Assembly (NCBI GenBank): GCA_030141605.1
Contig: JAQGDQ010000094.1
Span: 186,001 to 250,000 of the forward strand
DNA: 64,000 nucleotides
Origin: Tubiluchus corallicola
Taxonomy: Eukaryota; Animalia; Priapulida
Direction: 5' to 3'
Each line of letters starts with the position of its first letter. Positions within the stretch are counted from its first letter, which is position 1. This document shows, one piece after another, positions 40,401-53,549 of the stretch. The notes under the pieces were generated by a model. The model was not told where the DNA came from, made no database searches, and saw nothing but the letters and a program-made list of their open reading frames with translations. The position numbers and the translations under genes are program-made.

Positions 40401-41644
40401 ATTCGGTATTTGACAATGTTATTGTTTAGCTTTTAGTGAAGACTAGAAAGGCCTGTTTCGTAAACAAACATTTAACTAAAGTCATCCTAAGCAAATAAAT
40501 ACTGCTGTAAATGCTCATTGCATTAGGGAAACACAAACGCTTTCTATCAGACGCTTGCTTTTCAGAAAATGATGCTTTTTAAACCTAGATGCATAGGAAG
40601 GCACTCAGGTTGCTTGTCTGAAAATAATTTGGGAAAGAAAATAAAACACGTCTTAAGTTTCTTAAGTTCTAATTTACAGATAGTAGCAATAGCGCTTAGA
40701 TGCTGTGATGAAAAAAGACACTTTGTCCAAAGTATGGTCTAAAATCTACTAACAGTAAAAAACTAGTTGTATCTAGAACTAAATGCTCCACTTTCGGTGA
40801 AAAATCTTTCGCTGTGTCGGATTCATGACTGTGGAACGACTTACTTATTGAACTTTGTTTAATATATTCTATCATTGCTTTTAAGGCTGTGTGGAAACAC
40901 ATCTTGGGATACACATCTTTTTAAACAATTATTAACGTAAATTAGAGTAATTTGCACTTTTATCTGATTTATGTTAATTTTATTATGTGTTACTGTGTAA
41001 AGCGCACTAGAATATTTACCTTAGAGGAAATAATTTCCTTTTAATGTTTTAATTTTTAATTCTGTACTTATATTTACTGTACGTATGTATGACTTGCTTA
41101 GTGTATTTTAGGTATTTTATATAGTCTAACTTTTGTAATGTACATAATTTTATACGTCTTGTTTTTAGTCAGTTTAGGGTTTAGGATTTGATTCTTGCCA
41201 TTGAACAAGGCACAGGCCCGTAACTGTTGATCTCTGTGCATACGAAGTCTTTATAATGTTTGCCAAGAGTTTTAGTACCGAAAATAAAATGAAATAGGAA
41301 CTATGCATGTGCTTAAAAATTTAGCGACAAGATGTACAGTTTTGGTTTTCTTGTCAATTGAACTGACTTTACTTCCGATTTTCAAATCCAATTTCCGTTC
41401 TGCAAAGCCTCGTCTATTTTACTTCCGGTTTTTGTATCACCGTTTTCGGCTCCTCCAATTTTACTTCAGGCTGTAAAACTCCATTTCTGGTTCTACAATG
41501 TCCCGCTGTTGACTATTGTGACTTTAATCTTAAAATTTATTCTTGACAATGTGGTGTACTATTTTCCTAAGACGTGCTACTATTGTTGTATCACGTAAGC
41601 TAATTTTAAGTTAAATTTTAGATCACTAAATCTAAGTTGACAAG

Positions 41645-41702
41645 ATAGCAATAAAACTTAAGCAGTGCCGAATCTGACTAGTGAATGGATAAGTGACCAC
41701 TA
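41645..41702 (+). mobile_element. 5S rRNA-like SINE fragment
   Basis: AAACTTAAGCAGTGCCGAATCTGACTAGTGAATGGATAAGTGACC resembles the 5S internal control region. Confidence 0.4.
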
Positions 41703-42564
41703 ATAACACGATTGAAAAAGACACTTGCGCGCTTTAGTGTCTCATATTCCAAAAGTGTCCCTGATAGAGTACGCAGCCCTACAACCATTTACGCTAACAA
41801 TATCCTGCCTTTGACTGCTTCACCATGCTTGCAAAGTGTTGAACGGTATAAAAAATAATAATTTACGGCAGTAAATTTTAATTGTTTTGTTCGTTGCATT
41901 GGAATTGCAGAAACACTATTAACACTGAGAAGTTGAGAGTGTTCGGCTCAGAGCTGCTATTGTACATAAAAGTACATAACCAAAGAGCTTCTGTCTTCAT
42001 AATTACGATTAAAAGTTGGAAAAGGTTTGTGCTTAATAATCATCATTGCTGTAATTATGTTTCCATCTCGCCACACCCATTCGATATCAGTAGGCTACAA
42101 CTCCGTTGAACGCTATATTCTAGCTTATAATATGTAAAACAGCATAAAAAGAACCATTTTATTGTATTAGAACATTGTATCTTCATCAGCAGTGTTCACA
42201 ATGAGGACGCGCTCGCAGCAAAATGCCTCGACTAGAAACTCTTTTCTGTGGCGAATTTCACAGTGAGGCAAAATTCCTCGTGCAATTCCTAGTGAGGAAT
42301 TCTGCTGCCAGCTAGCAGCTATGCGTACTCCTTGTGAGGGTTTTGCCGCATTTCAGAAATACTTCATGTTCATTTTCGTGCGCGGAATTCATTTAATTTA
42401 ACTACTCAGTTACTCCGTTCTTATTTAACGAACAACAAGTAACAAATTTCAGCATGAAATTACAAGATTTAATTTCTCTTTTAACAGGCTGACGATTTTG
42501 TGTTTTTTTAACGCAACATCGATGATTATATTCGTGAAAAATAAAAATAACGCGCATACATTTA

Positions 42565-42609
42565 TTATATATAAATTATATATATATACATATATTATAT
42601 ATATATATA

Positions 42610-42686
<77 letters not shown>

Positions 42687-42690
42687 TTAT
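42565..42690. repeat. (TA)n-(TATATG)n microsatellite
   Basis: Seen directly. Confidence 0.95.
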
Positions 42691-43494
42691 AATTACTGTG
42701 AAATAAAATAAAAACAAAATAAACAAAACTTACATTTGATTCAAATAGCTTACAATTTTCACGTTTCCTGTTTCTTAAAGTTTGGTTTCAAAAGTTCAGT
42801 TTATTATGGGTTTGTACCATCGTTAATAACAACCTTGATATTAAGACAGTATGTAATTAGCTTATAAATGGTTTTCTTTTAACACACTTTTAACAAAATA
42901 ATAATTCGTTTTAAAAAATAATGTAAGCGCGGTTTTATACGAGAGCCGGCAACTTCCACGCAATTAAGCTTAGTCTCATTTTTCCTCGTTGCTATAGAGA
43001 TTTTCCGCGTGCAAATAACATATACATCCAATTCTCATCCCAGCACCCCAGGCTATCACACAATAATTGTGTTTTCCAATGCTATTCATCTTGGTTCTGT
43101 CAGTTCTATTTTTATCACAAAGAGCCACATTCTTTATCTTTTGATAACACACAGGTTTGGAAATTTTCTATAAACTACATTAATGATTTAATTGTAATTA
43201 ACCTTGTATTAGGTTTGGCAACCCAGTTGTCTGCATTTCGGACTGCAACCACGCAATTTTGAGTTCGAGACATCGCCAGCATATACCCTGCAATTTGTTG
43301 TTTGTGCGTTGCATCCTTAACTGTATTGTTGTAAGACGCTAAGCAGCCGCTAGTGCTAATGTTGTCTGTTAAATGAGCGACGGTAAACAAATGTCTGTTT
43401 TTTCATGTATGATACTTGATGTGTTATAAGCGCCATAAATATTAAACAAGCATTTAATTATCCGCCTGCCCTCGCCCTCGCCCTCCCCCTCCCA

Positions 43495-43525
<31 letters not shown>

Positions 43526-43599
43526 TCAGGCCTTGGTCTGGTTAGGGAACATCTCAATTTTTCTAGCATTACTCTTCGCCGCTTGCATAACGCACGGCT

Positions 43600-44530
43600 T
43601 CTTACAGCAAAATTTTCTTGTATTCTTGTCACTGTTATAAAGAACAAAATGGGAACATTTCTAGCACCAATAATTATCGCCCAATAGCATTGTCACCTAT
43701 TTCAAGCAAGCGTATAGAGCAAGTTCTCATAGGCGCTATAAGAACTTCTTAACATCTACGGATAGCCAGTTTGGCTTTTAAAAGGATCTGGGCACTGAAA
43801 TGTGCATTTTCACCTTAAAGAAATTGTAAATTTTTATACATCCAAGAATAGTATGGTTCATCTATGTTTTATAGACGTTTCAAAAGCATTTGATAATGCC
43901 AACTATTGAAAAGTTTTTCTAGAACTTTATCATACTGATTTTCCAAAGATATTAATCGACCAAACAAACTAATTCGATATTTTTCTTATTGCAGTACAGA
44001 AGTCAAACAAACTTTGTTCAAAGCATATTGCTCTAACTTTTATTGTGCAGCATTATGGAATAACTATTACTACTACAGCTTAAGGTATTTAAAAGTTGCT
44101 TATAATGAAAAAAAAATAATGAAGGGATCAGAATTCTCTGTAATCTACCTTATGACTGCTCGGCTAGACAAATGTGTACAGTACTAAATTTATCATATTT
44201 TGATTTTATTATTAGAAGATTTATTTATTCACTAAGAATTAGAGCTGCTAACACCTACAATGAATTGATAAATAATATATTTGACAGCGACTGTTTATTT
44301 ATATCTAGGTTGTATAAGCATTGGAAAAAATGCCTATATACTGTAGCCCAATAAAGCAAAGTTGTAAATATTGTAAAAACTTAATTAACTGTATTTAATT
44401 GTGAGAAACTACTAACCGATAATTGTGTATTGATTTATATGTATAATGTTTGTTTGCCAACTATGATTTGTATTGTGTTGTAATAAGACTTTGTTCCGAA
44501 ATAATAGTATTCAATCAATAAAAAAATCAA
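43600..44530 (+). mobile_element. Decayed LINE RT fragment with 3' end
   Basis: NYRPIALSPISSK, DSQFGF, LCFIDVSKAFD and LFKAYCSNFYCAALW, with frameshifts. Ends in a (TCAA)n/AATAAA-like tail near 44510-44530. Confidence 0.8.
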
Positions 44531-44930
44531 TCTCTCTCTTTTACATCAGTCTGATCATTTTTCTAGTGTATCATACCTATTTTTCACGCTAAAGCTCGTC
44601 CTTTCTCTTTTCACCATCCCTGTGCGAGTTTTTAAAACTGCTTTGACGGAAATCGAGCCCGTCTCTAAGGAAACCGAGTAAGCATGTAAAACATAACCTT
44701 AATAAAATGCTACAACTTTTCGTTGTTCTGTATAGTTACGTTTCGAGATGTGCAAAATTGCGTTGCCAGCTGGATTAAAATAAAATAATGATAAAAATGG
44801 TGCTGGTGCTGGTGTGTAAAACTGTAGTATTTGTTTTATATTTGAATAAGTAATTCACTAGTTCACAATGATAAAATTTTCTCAATTAACTGTAGCTGAT
44901 ATCAAAATTGATTCATATTGCAGGTGACAT

Positions 44931-45199
44931 ATGAATAAACAGATGACATTTGCTTTCGTGCTTTTTGTGCTAGTTTTCAAAAACTCAGCTGACGTAACAT
45001 CGGTTGACATGTTGCAGGTATCCAAAGTGGGACTTAAAAAAGGAAAATCCTTGCGTTCAAAACCGGACGAAGCCGTCAGTCAACCGCCTTCTCCTCCAAC
45101 TCCCAGGTTGAGCCATCTAACACCAAAAGAGCTTGCCATTCTTGAGGAAGTGTTTCGTAAGCAGGAAGAATTCGAACAAGAAGAAAAGAGGCGGTTAAA
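44931..45199 (+). CDS. Gene C coding exon 1: putative secreted prepropeptide
   Basis: Acceptor TTCATATTGCAG| at 44923, 7 nt before the ATG. Hydrophobic N-terminus FAFVLFVLVF, Pro-rich then acidic helix-like segment, and KRR. Phase-2 donor AA|GTGAGT at 45199/45200. Confidence 0.65.
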
Positions 45200-45364
45200 G
45201 TGAGTGTTACTCTTTTCTTTCTATTAAATGGCGTAAATAACAAATGAAAATGTTAATTTCTAATTTTTAGTTCGTAAAATACAATTATTATAATGATGAA
45301 AGCAATTAACAATAAGATTGGACTTTACAATTGTCTTTACCATTATCATTCAGTAATTGAAAAA

Positions 45365-45702
45365 CCACAGAATACGGAATAAAAGGAATGTAGGGAAAAT
45401 GGCATACGGAAAAATAGCACAGGAAAAAACTGTCGCGGATAAAGATGGCACGGGAAAATGGCACAAATGGAAAAGCAGGTAAAAATGGCACATATGCAGT
45501 TGATTTTTATACTAAAACTAGAATGCGCTCAGTAGGAAGCAGATCTCTGTCAAAGCCATTTTTCGATTTGTGCCATTTTTTCCTGTGCCATTCTTCCTGT
45601 GCCATTTTACTTATGCCACTTTTTCCTGTGCCATTTTTCTGTGCCATTTTCTCCTGTGCCATTTTTACCGTGCCGTTTTTTCCTGTGTCATTTTTACCTA
45701 TA
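45365..45702. mobile_element. Second foldback element (GGAAAAATGGCACA / TGTGCCATTTTTCC arms) with a HINE-like end at its centre
   Basis: Inverted arrays of about 14-bp repeats. Central CGCTCAGTAGGAAGCAGATCTCTG is the reverse complement of 6007-6030. Confidence 0.7.
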
Positions 45703-46183
45703 CTATTGTTACAGCGCCGCGAGTTAAAGACGTTCTACACAATGCTCGTTACAAGCGTGAATGTCATTCTAATGTACTGCGCCTACTGTGCTGAAATGGA
45801 CTCGAATCCTAAAAGAGTAGAAATTGTCCTCCTTTTCTATTTTCCTTGATTAACTTCTACAGTAGAACTAGCCAAGAGAAGACATTAATTGATGAGTTAT
45901 TTATCTATAATGAAGGCGCAATTATTCACAAGCTGTTGCTATTCCAAGGACGTGTCTGTACACAATTTATCATGTTAAATTACCTAATATAATTGAGTAT
46001 CTTCGGTAAAACATTATTTTTTTTCAACTTTTTTGTATTTTTAATTAAAATGAGTAAATTAGTACTTATTAAAACACTGATGTACGCCTGGGAGTTAAGG
46101 CTTTTGTTTATCTATTCAATCATTTTGCTTGATAACTTTTTGTTCATTCCTTCCTTCGCTTGTTCGTTCTGTTGTTGTTCGTT

Positions 46184-46204
46184 TGTCTACCTGTCTGTCA
46201 GTCG

Positions 46205-46275
<71 letters not shown>

Positions 46276-46336
46276 GGTCGGTCGGTCGGTCGGTCGGTCG
46301 GTCGGTCGGTCGGTCGGTCGGTCGGTCGGTCGGTCG

Positions 46337-46374
<38 letters not shown>

Positions 46375-46446
46375 GACTGTCTGTCTGCTGTCTATTTGTC
46401 TGACTAACTGACTGACTGATTGCCCGTCCGTCCATCTGTCTGTCGG
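46184..46446. repeat. (TCTG)n-(TCGG)n-(TCTG)n microsatellite
   Basis: Seen directly. Confidence 0.97.
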
Positions 46447-46663
46447 TGTTTTTTGATTGCTTACTCCTTTGCTAGCTTTCTCATTCATTCAATTTGTTTG
46501 TTTATTTGTATCTATATTTCTCACGTTCCTTATTTTCCTCCTTTACACTATTTCCACTTTTTCTTCGTTTATTAGTTTTTTTTGTTCATCTCCTTCTTTT
46601 AATCCATTGACTTGCCCACGCTTGTCTTAATTCAATTACTCGCTAACTAATTTACTATAACAG

Positions 46664-46748
46664 TTTGTACAGAATGGGACAAACTGATATCACAACAACT
46701 GATAGGAGACGCACCGCTCCTAAGTCTTGTTGTGAAAGTTGCTTTTAA
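46664..46748 (+). CDS. Gene C candidate last coding exon ((N)LYRMGQTDITTTDRRRTAPKSCCESCF*)
   Basis: Branch-like CTAACTAAT, then two AG acceptors (46663 and 46672), both in phase with the 45199 donor. AATAAA at 46930. Confidence 0.45.
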
Positions 46749-47234
46749 TGCTATCAGATTTTCACAATGAGTTATTTTGCAAAGCTTGCACACTGAAAAC
46801 TATGAAAACTAATAATAATCACTGTAACATCAAAACTAGAACTGCATAAATTACTATTGCCAAACATAATAAGATCAACACAAACATCCGATCATCAAAC
46901 AATTTTCTTCAAACAACACGTCCGACATCAATAAAAAAATCGGAATTGACATTTGAAGGATAAAATTGCTTTCAGCGTTCCACGACAAACCTTGCAAAGA
47001 TTATCGGTGGTTTTATGAAATCCATCCGGCAGGTTTTTGACAAATCTAATAGACCGATAACAACAATCAATTTCTCGCAAAAGCGTGAGCAGCTGCTCAC
47101 ATTTAAGCCTGTGGTCACAGACATGTAATTTTGCACTTAAAATGATTATAGTCATTTTCATGGCTTCTCATAATTCTGATGGGTGCTAGGCGTTTTCGAC
47201 ACAGAGGTTTTCCACACAAGCTATATCGAAAATA

Positions 47235-47320
47235 AATGAGTGGTCTTAGCATGTGCTTGATTACCTTAGTTAAGCAACGACGACCTTGGGCAGAGTGTGG
47301 ATTGATGAATGCTTTGACAT
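47235..47320 (+). mobile_element. Third tRNA-A-box/5S-like SINE fragment
   Basis: GAGTGGTCTTAGC...AGTTAAGCAACGACGACCTTGGGCAGAGTGTGGAT. Confidence 0.35.
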
Positions 47321-48809
47321 TTGAATCTAAGTATTTTTATTTGGTAAACTGGCCTGACTAGCTCTCTCGCTGAGGCATGACGAACTTGTGTCACCCAAGC
47401 GTACCTAGCACGGTAGCAGTGAAACGGGGTAGAGTGTCTCATCCTAGGTGAATAATGTTAATTACAAATCAGCTTTCGGTCCAACCCCTTTAAACAGTAG
47501 GTCCAGCCGAACAGGTTTTAGGTCTGTTTCCGAGAAAAAGTGTTTCGCAATTTTCACGGAAAAACATTTTCCTAGAAAACATAACTTCACAGAAAAAACA
47601 CTGCCAAAAAATCGCTACTACTATGACTACTAACGACTACCAAAAATCAGAATCATTTAAAACGACGCAATGTTTAGGGGTCAATCTTATTTTAAAGTTT
47701 GTTTTGGAAAGATATTTTGTTTAGAAACTTCGTCGCTACAATTCTAAGTTGTTTTTAAGAATGAAATTGCTTTCTCGAAGTAATTTGCATTGTATCGTTT
47801 GCTGCGTATAATCACTTCAAATTCAATTGATTTTTATAGGTTTTAAAATAAAGTTTAAAGGAAGACAGGATGATTTTTCATACACTACCTCATTTTCAAA
47901 AGTCCGATAAAAGTATAATTTTAACATGATTAATACTGCAAAAGCGTTTCTGATAATTAAATAATAGATTAAAAACTTAATTAAAGGCGGGGAAGCCCAA
48001 CTATTGATGACATCACTAACATAATTTTCAACAGCAAAAATATTGTACGAGCGTGTTGCGCGTGTTGAAGTACAGTGCTACTGTAAGATATTTACTGTAT
48101 TATACTAAAACTAGGCAAGTTTTAGGACGAAAATTCAAATTTCAAATTTAACGCTGTGCTCACGCATGAAACTAACACACCTGTCTGTACTGAGAGGTAC
48201 AGCAACTATTTTTATGTAATGCGCTTCCAAAATGCGGGCTCTAGTGCCCGTCTATCTAGCGTATGGCGAAAGGCGTGTAACACCGAAGAACTAGCGGCGC
48301 GAACTCGAAATTGTGTGTGTGGTAACAATTCTTTCACGTAAGTCATTTTTGAAAAAATAGTGTGTATACTTTCAATATTTTAAAGAGTAGATTGTTTTGA
48401 CCTGCAGTTTAAGATTGGATCTGGTTTTGCTTTAATAAATAAAAATTGTAAAAAAGAAAACACCTGTCGCAGTTGCAGTAATCGCAGCCGCTACCAGCAC
48501 TATATCCGAATATCTGCAAGCTACAAGTCCTAATATTTACGGCTACTTTGGACCTGGAGAATGCAGTTACTGCTGAGGGTGGTGACTCCGAGGAAGCGAG
48601 AAAACGCATATTTCAAAATAGATAATATATCGTTTTTTGATCTATAGTTTATAATCGTTTATTAGATATTAGAAAACCCTTGATTTTATAAAAAGCGGCT
48701 TAAATTCACCCATCTCCAGAACAGGGTATAACTAAATAAACAATATTGCTAAATGGTATGAATCCAAATGCTACCTTTTGTGTCTAAACAGTTGCTGAAT
48801 TCAAACTAG

Positions 48810-49032
48810 CGACGTGTCTGAATATCCTATGTCAAAAACACCCAGTGCTCAAATGTTCTGTGTCCTATTGTATTAAATATCCTATTGTAAACAGCTTACG
48901 CTATGAGTCTAAATAACCTTGTATCGAAATGTCCTATGTGTCGTAATGCCCTATGTGTCGAAATATCCTATGTGTCGAAATGTTCTGTGTGTCCAAATGT
49001 CCTTGTGTCGAAATGTCTGTGTCGCAATATCT
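48810..49032. repeat. About 17-bp tandem repeat (GTGTCGAAATGTCCTAT-like)
   Basis: Roughly ten degenerate units. Confidence 0.8.
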
Positions 49033-49379
49033 GCACATTTTTATTTTTTAACTATTTCTCATGTATATATTTTCTATATTTTTCTATATGTATTTCTATA
49101 TTTTCGTATACATATATTTTTTATCCTCGAGCGCTGCATCGCGGACCTAGGAGAACACTTATACTGATTAAACATCATTTTTCATTATGTTAGGCTTAAG
49201 TTTTCCACTTTTTTAATTCATGTTAACTCGCAAACGCAGATAGCTAATTAAAGTCTCGAAACGACACCTGGCAGGGGCAGTCAAACGGTCAAGGACACTG
49301 GGCATCGCACTCTTGTAGATATGTACCTGTGCTTTTAAAAAGCTGGGCCCAAGATAGGAGCCAAAATGTGGAAAATTAG

Positions 49380-49665
49380 GGCATCCAGTTTGCAATGTTA
49401 ACTCGCAAATAAAGATCTGTATTTGTATTCCTGATCTTGTATTTCTTAGAGGGGAATCAAAGAGGGGCATGCTGCGTTAGTTTTACATCTCATAACAGAA
49501 GGGAGCTAATATCATAGTCACTAAATGTATGGATGCAGATCGGCCTAAGGTCGATATTAAAAATACGGACGACTATGGCCTATTTGCGCTCGATATACTA
49601 ATGGATCTGAAGAAAAAGAGAGATCAAATGGCAGATATTAAAATAATTTATCAAACAATTTAATC
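49380..49665 (+). pseudogene. Possible decayed ankyrin-repeat fragment
   Basis: EGHAALVLHLITEG / GANI across a frameshift, and VDIKNTDDYGLFALD, resemble the ankyrin consensus. Confidence 0.3.
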
Positions 49666-52277
49666 ATTAACAAATTCCAAAGTGATTCAGTTTAAGCAAA
49701 AGTTTAGCCCACTATGTACACTTTTTAGGAACACATTTCCTTTAAAGCGAACAGTTTGTACATACGTTGCAATATAACCTCTGCGTTTGAATACAGCTGT
49801 TTCCAAATTTCGTCAAGAGAAACTACCAGTTAATCCTTACCCAGCAAGTAGTATCGAAGAACATTAGGCTAGTATACGTGATGTTTACGTTATCAATGCG
49901 ACATTAGTTACACTCTTAACGAAAGCGAAAAGTACCTGTTACCAACCTGGATGTGGTTCTGTAGTAGGTCGATCCACCCGTCACTCAGTGGGTAACTCCA
50001 CTACTGCAGACTGTAAGCCAGCATCTCTCGAACAACTCTGGGTGACGACAAGTTACACCAACTAGGCTCTCACAATATCACCATGTACATTACACACCAT
50101 ATCTTGTATTGAACTTTCTAGTACGGCATTTCTCCTCAAATAATATAACTTCACAAATACGAGTAAACGACCTGTCTCGTTCTGTGTCAAGTTGCCGTCT
50201 ATATCTCAAAAGTGTTGAACGAAGTTCAGCGAGAAGCCACTCGCTCAAATACCTATAATTTTATTTATCTGTGTACTATCGTTAACCTTGACTTAGGCAC
50301 TGCATTATATCCGCAATAGGGCAAACAAGAGTAGGTCTGACGAAATTCAAAAGGGGGTTTATTAGTAGGTGCCTACATCCTAACAAAATATCAATAATTG
50401 ATAATACAATTAACTGTCACTGCCAGTAGCTAAACATACATATATATCAATGTATACATATCAATTAGTTAAACATGCAGTGTGAATAGGGCTTAATGTT
50501 GCATAAGCACAATGTGAGAAGTATTAAATGTAGGTCGAAACATGATGTATGGTCATGAAAACTGTGTCGCTGACCTTAAAATGGTTTGGTGAACGGTGAC
50601 TTTAGTCAAAGGGTGAAGAACACTGGCCTGGATATCAGTAAGTTTTTCGTTTTCATTCAACTCCTCCTAGGCCTTCGAGTTAAATTCAGTTCTTTTCGTA
50701 ACGATTGTGGGATAATAAGCTATGACCGCACTCGACCATGTTTAGTCACGTGTAAACACGGTTACGGCGCCACGCTCGCGGATTCGTATCTTAATCCTTT
50801 CAGTTTTATTTGATTTCTTATGGTAATGATAATCTCTAGTTCTCTATTGTGTATATGTTGCTGCGTATTTCCCATGTTCAACTAGACATGTTAGTATAAG
50901 TGTTGTTTTTAAGATCCAATTGCGAAAAAAATGGTATAATGGTGTTAGCAACGTGTATGAGGAGGTGAGCTGCAAAGTAACGTTGTTTTTGTTTTACAAC
51001 TAAAAACCTTTTCCATTTGTTTGTATGTGTTTAGGAATAAAATTAGCATGTTTGGCTTATTTAAAGCCTTTTCTGAAAAAATGTAAAATCTAAACGATGT
51101 TACTGAATAATAAAATTTTAAGAAAGTATATCTTGCAATTCCCACTAGAAGTTAGGTTACTTTTTTGGTTGATAGAAACTGTAGAAAATCAGAAAAGTTG
51201 TTAACCAATACGTAAGAAAACCAATTAGCTAATGAGGCATCACCAAATGAAGAAGGTAAACATGTTTAGTGTTTACAGGTCTTTATGGGGAAAATAGTAA
51301 GGCTACCAAGTTCTCGTAAAAAGACAGTTGAAACAGTAGTGAACATGCATTTATTTGATAATACGTTGCTTCTTAAAGTTAGGCACTCCTTGATATATAT
51401 ATACCAAAATGCAGAAAACCTGAGTTTAAATCCAAGAGAAGGCTGTTTTGCCTAGTTTATTTTACTTTTATGTAGTTCAAATGCTCCATCCTATGCCATG
51501 ATGCATCGTGTCGTGTTAGGACAAATTCTCCAGCTTTTCTCATAGATATCACTAAAATAGACGTCCTTGCTTACGTTAGACAAACAAATGGCTCTTTGTC
51601 TTTAAAATATAACAAAATTTAAATAGCAGTACGTTATCGCTACCGCAGCACTTGCAACACTTGCTCCTAGAATAAATTTTAGTGTGTCTGCATTGGGACT
51701 ACATGACACCCGTTCTTTTTTGTAACGGGTTAAGTTGCCATTATATAACAGCCAGTACTCTGTTCTTGTTGTTGCTTCACGTCGTAAAAATTGTAATTCA
51801 TTAGAGTTATAGTAAATCCTGGTTTATTTTATCGTAAACTTCACTTATACAGCTGCTTGAAGAAGCCCTGCAGAATCACGTAGGTTCACTGGGCAAAGAA
51901 AAATAAATAAATTAATTAATTAAATAGTTTCTAAAATCTTTATTAAAGAACTATATTTCAGCCGAGCTACCTTTGCGAAATCAAAACAGATTATCATTAA
52001 TTATCTTGAGTTGTTTTAAATCTGAATATAGTTGGTTATAATAATATCTTTCCAAGATTTTTGACGAGAGCGGTAGTAAAAAAATGGGCATTTTTTAAAA
52101 TAATACTTGCAAATATTGAAATCTTTGTCAGTTATTCGTTTAAAACAATACTTTTAGACTTGTACATTTATAACTTCCACGTCGAAACTGGTAAACATAC
52201 ACAGTGAATTTCCTAATAATGAAATAAACCCACAATGTCGAAACTTGCCCAAACATGAAATGCAAAAAAAAAATCGA

Positions 52278-52350
52278 GACTCATCCTGAATTTGAAACAG
52301 CGACCTATAGGTTATAAGCCCAACGCCATGACCACTAGATTAGTAAACCC
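52278..52350 (-). pseudogene. tRNA-like pseudogene or SINE head (loop CTTATAA, Ile-TAT-like)
   Basis: Minus strand TAATCTAGTGG A-box, GTTTCAAATTC decayed B-box, partial stems, followed by a long T run. Confidence 0.55.
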
Positions 52351-53549
52351 CGGTTATCATGACAGGTCTTAATTGAGTCCGATAGGTCACCAACCACTTT
52401 AACACTTCCATTGGTTCGCTTACTCATGCTAGAGCAATTACTAATTAAGTATGTTATTTTTTAATTACTTTAGAGCCTGAAATAATTCGTGTGTAGTTAG
52501 TTATTTAATTATCATCTTAATTTTAATCTTATTTGTTAATGACATAATAAACCCACTACTGTTTTTGAACCGGTTTCTGGATTTAATTAAGACTAAAATT
52601 GTCAACAACAGGAGGTGAGTGTACGTCATGTATTATGTATATCACTCCAAGTGTGTACCACTGGCTATGCTATAAATTCGGTGATAGCAGAAACCTTGAC
52701 AAAAGAGTGATTTAAGTAAGAGCTGCTACATTTACAAAAGTGAATGAAATTCCAAAAATTTGATGATTTTCAAACTTTCATTCTCTTTAAAAGTGTTCAA
52801 GCTCACCACAGATGGAACCACACTTTTACATGCCAGAAACAACTAATTTTTCTGGCTTTCAGGTTTGTTTCTCTTATATATTTAAATTCTGTCTGCCTAA
52901 TTAAAATGCACTGCTTTTACAAGAACATATGTTGTACAAACTTAACTAGGACTAAGCGACCTGTTGATAATATGCATGCACACTTGTCTGCGTCTTGGTG
53001 TGGCAACGAAACCATCCCTGGAAGAAATTTTTGAAGATTTATTCGTAGGAAAGCAGTGAAAGTTCGGTGTTTGCAGTACATGATTTCACGGATTCAATTA
53101 AGACACCGCGTGATTTTTTTAACATTAGCAGCAGACGCCGAAGCGCCATTTAGAGGCTATTGACTTTTTCGTTTGAGCAGACACGATATTACCTGACTTT
53201 GTCACGTGACTACTATTCCTTGAGACACATTAGTTGTCACCGTCTTAAGGGGTACAGCTGAAAGCGTCTTCATGTAGATATTCACTTTCTTTTACACTAA
53301 AAAACATTCACTTGTTAAGTCACCTCTTGTCCATGCAATCATGCTAGGAAGGTACCGATCCCTGGCGTGATAAGTAACGTTACTGGGTGTCAAAATATTG
53401 CCCTTATGAGCTTCTTAATTCTGTAACTAACTTTAATAATGATTGTAATAATGAAACTAGCAATAGTAGTAGTTGTATAATCTTGATTTTGCCTTTTTAA
53501 AAACATTAACCATCATAATAAAAAAGACAGACAATCAGTGTTAGTTCAA

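Noticed and set aside
45445-46488. Cys/Leu/Ser-rich and TDRQ-repeat ORFs
   Set aside because: They are artefacts of the foldback repeats and the (TCTG)n/(TCGG)n microsatellite.
48810-49032. CRISPR-like array
   Set aside because: The repeats are contiguous and degenerate with no unique spacers, there are no cas genes, and the context is eukaryotic.
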